Shown here: piece by piece, positions 5,668-6,571 of the stretch
Position numbering within the stretch: position 1 is the stretch's first letter
How the letters are laid out: each line of letters starts with the position of its first letter
Source of the DNA: an uncultured archaeon
Lineage (GTDB): Archaea; Iainarchaeota; Iainarchaeia; Iainarchaeales; CSSED10-239
Length of the DNA stretch: 6,571 bases
Assembly (NCBI GenBank): GCA_964468895.1
Contig: CAYXWT010000041.1
Span: 1 to 6,571, forward strand
Reading direction: 5' to 3'
Notes under the pieces: generated by a model
Seen by the model: only the letters and a program-made list of their open reading frames with translations
Told to the model about the DNA's origin: nothing
Database searches by the model: none
Made by a program: the position numbers and the translations under genes

Positions 5668-6537
5668 TTATTTTTTCAATTTTGCTTTTTTAGATTTATT
5701 ACGCTTTATAATCAAATATGTTATAAAAGCAATTACTGCCCAAGGTAATAAAACTAATATTATATAAGCCAAAACCTTAAAACTACCAATTAAAACAGAT
5801 AAAAAATCATTACTTGCAACTTTACTTGCTAAATGTTTTTCGCAAATAGTTAGATTAATACGTACATAATCAGCATTTTCTTCTTGAATTGAAATTTGAT
5901 TTTGTAAATCTCTAATATCTTTTTCTAATTGAATAATTTTATTTTCTATAACTTTTTTAGAAGCAGTATTATTTGTATCATACATATCACTTCTTAAATC
6001 TAAAATTTCACCAGTCTTACTACTTATTTTATCATCTGTACTTGAAACTTCACCAGTTACATCTTCTTTATTTTGATTTAAAGAAGTAATTTTACCTAAA
6101 TTTTTTAATTCAGAAAAAACATAAGCATAATTTGTAGCATTAACTCTTAATACATATGTTCCTAAATAATAATCTTTTTTATCATTTCTAGTTTTTGATT
6201 TTAAAGTAATATTTTGATTTAAAATATAAGAATCTGTTGAATTAACTAGATTTTCTACAGTCATTGTTGCTATATCAAATTGAGTTTCATCTTCTACTTC
6301 TAAACCTAAACTTGCAGTTTCAATAACTACTCTATCTTCTGCATCTGGTACAAAGCTTTCTGCAGAATTATATTTCATAGTAGGCATATAGTCCATAGAT
6401 TGTTGCGATTTATACATTTCATCTGTACCATTATATCTACTTTGACTAAATGAAGGGAATAAAGTTACAACAACACTAATTAAAAATAATACTCCAATAC
6501 ATATTAAAAGTATTTTCCACCAACTTAATTTATTCAT
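5668..6537 (-). CDS. DUF4349-like membrane-anchored protein (N-terminal TM or signal anchor, extracytoplasmic domain with a coiled coil, C-terminal TM plus basic tail)
   Basis: The 289-aa ORF has an N-terminal hydrophobic segment (WWKILLICIGVLFLISVVVTLF). The block RVVIETASLGLEVED and the later LRVNATNY, a heptad-like KIIQLEKDIRDLQNQISIQEEN, YVRINLTI, and a C-terminal LLPW-containing TM followed by KRNKSKKAKLKK match my recollection of DUF4349 architecture. ATG at 6537 and TAA at 5668. Confidence 0.75.
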   Translation of the reverse strand: MNKLSWWKILLICIGVLFLISVVVTLFPSFSQSRYNGTDEMYKSQQSMDYMPTMKYNSAESFVPDAEDRVVIETASLGLEVEDETQFDIATMTVENLVNSTDSYILNQNITLKSKTRNDKKDYYLGTYVLRVNATNYAYVFSELKNLGKITSLNQNKEDVTGEVSSTDDKISSKTGEILDLRSDMYDTNNTASKKVIENKIIQLEKDIRDLQNQISIQEENADYVRINLTICEKHLASKVASNDFLSVLIGSFKVLAYIILVLLPWAVIAFITYLIIKRNKSKKAKLKK

Positions 6538-6560
6538 ATATAATCTCCAATTTATTATTT

Positions 6561-6568
6561 TATTTAAA
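6561..6568 (-). promoter_or_regulatory. TTTAAATA TATA-box-like motif upstream of the DUF4349-like gene; a GGAG lies at 6545-6548
   Basis: The TATA-like octamer ends 23 nt upstream of the ATG at 6537, which fits a leaderless transcript. The alternative signal is GGAG 7 nt upstream of the ATG. Both cannot be functional in the same transcript. Confidence 0.35.
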
Positions 6569-6571
6569 TTT

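Noticed and set aside
5503-5748. 81-aa plus-strand ORF
   Set aside because: It spans the 5' end of the 273-aa gene, the whole promoter/terminator spacer and the 3' end of the DUF4349-like gene on the opposite strand. Its sequence is a low-complexity reading of A/T runs. It is most likely spurious.
1-6571. Search for tRNA, rRNA or structured ncRNA genes and riboswitches in the spacers
   Set aside because: No G+C-rich islands or stem-forming segments stand out. The three spacers longer than 70 nt (4053-4174, 4649-4769, 5592-5667) are almost pure A/T, and promoter and terminator signals account for them.

Overview
This is a very AT-rich, gene-dense window (by eye about three-quarters A+T). Every credible gene is on the minus strand. 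Two genes are clearly recognisable as archaeal-type class I aminoacyl-tRNA synthetases: GluRS (55-1785) and TyrRS (2743-3762, or 3774). With TATA-type promoters placed about 25 nt from start codons and oligo-T terminators, this points to a low-GC archaeon. A small-genome, DPANN-like lineage is only a guess. The synthetases sit in a tightly packed apparent operon: small 2-TM ORF, TyrRS, orphan lysine-rich 310-aa protein, GluRS, then a possible further ORF starting 9 nt later. Upstream on the minus strand is the most unusual part, a tandem duplication of a cassette of about 0.6 kb (4053-4648 and 4649-5225). Each copy carries a promoter, a conserved start junction reading MYK, a polytopic membrane-protein gene and an oligo-T terminator. 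The two paralogs are mosaic: blocks of about 93 percent nucleotide identity alternate with two essentially unalignable segments that map to predicted external loops. A fossil of the same start junction lies inside the 273-aa ORF (5305-5326). There, loss of a single A appears to have removed an in-frame stop and fused an upstream membrane segment. The last gene (5668-6537) looks like a DUF4349-type bitopic coiled-coil envelope protein. I see no rRNA, tRNA, CRISPR array, transposase, integrase or recognisable defence or toxin domains. All functional ideas for the membrane array and the orphan protein are inference only.
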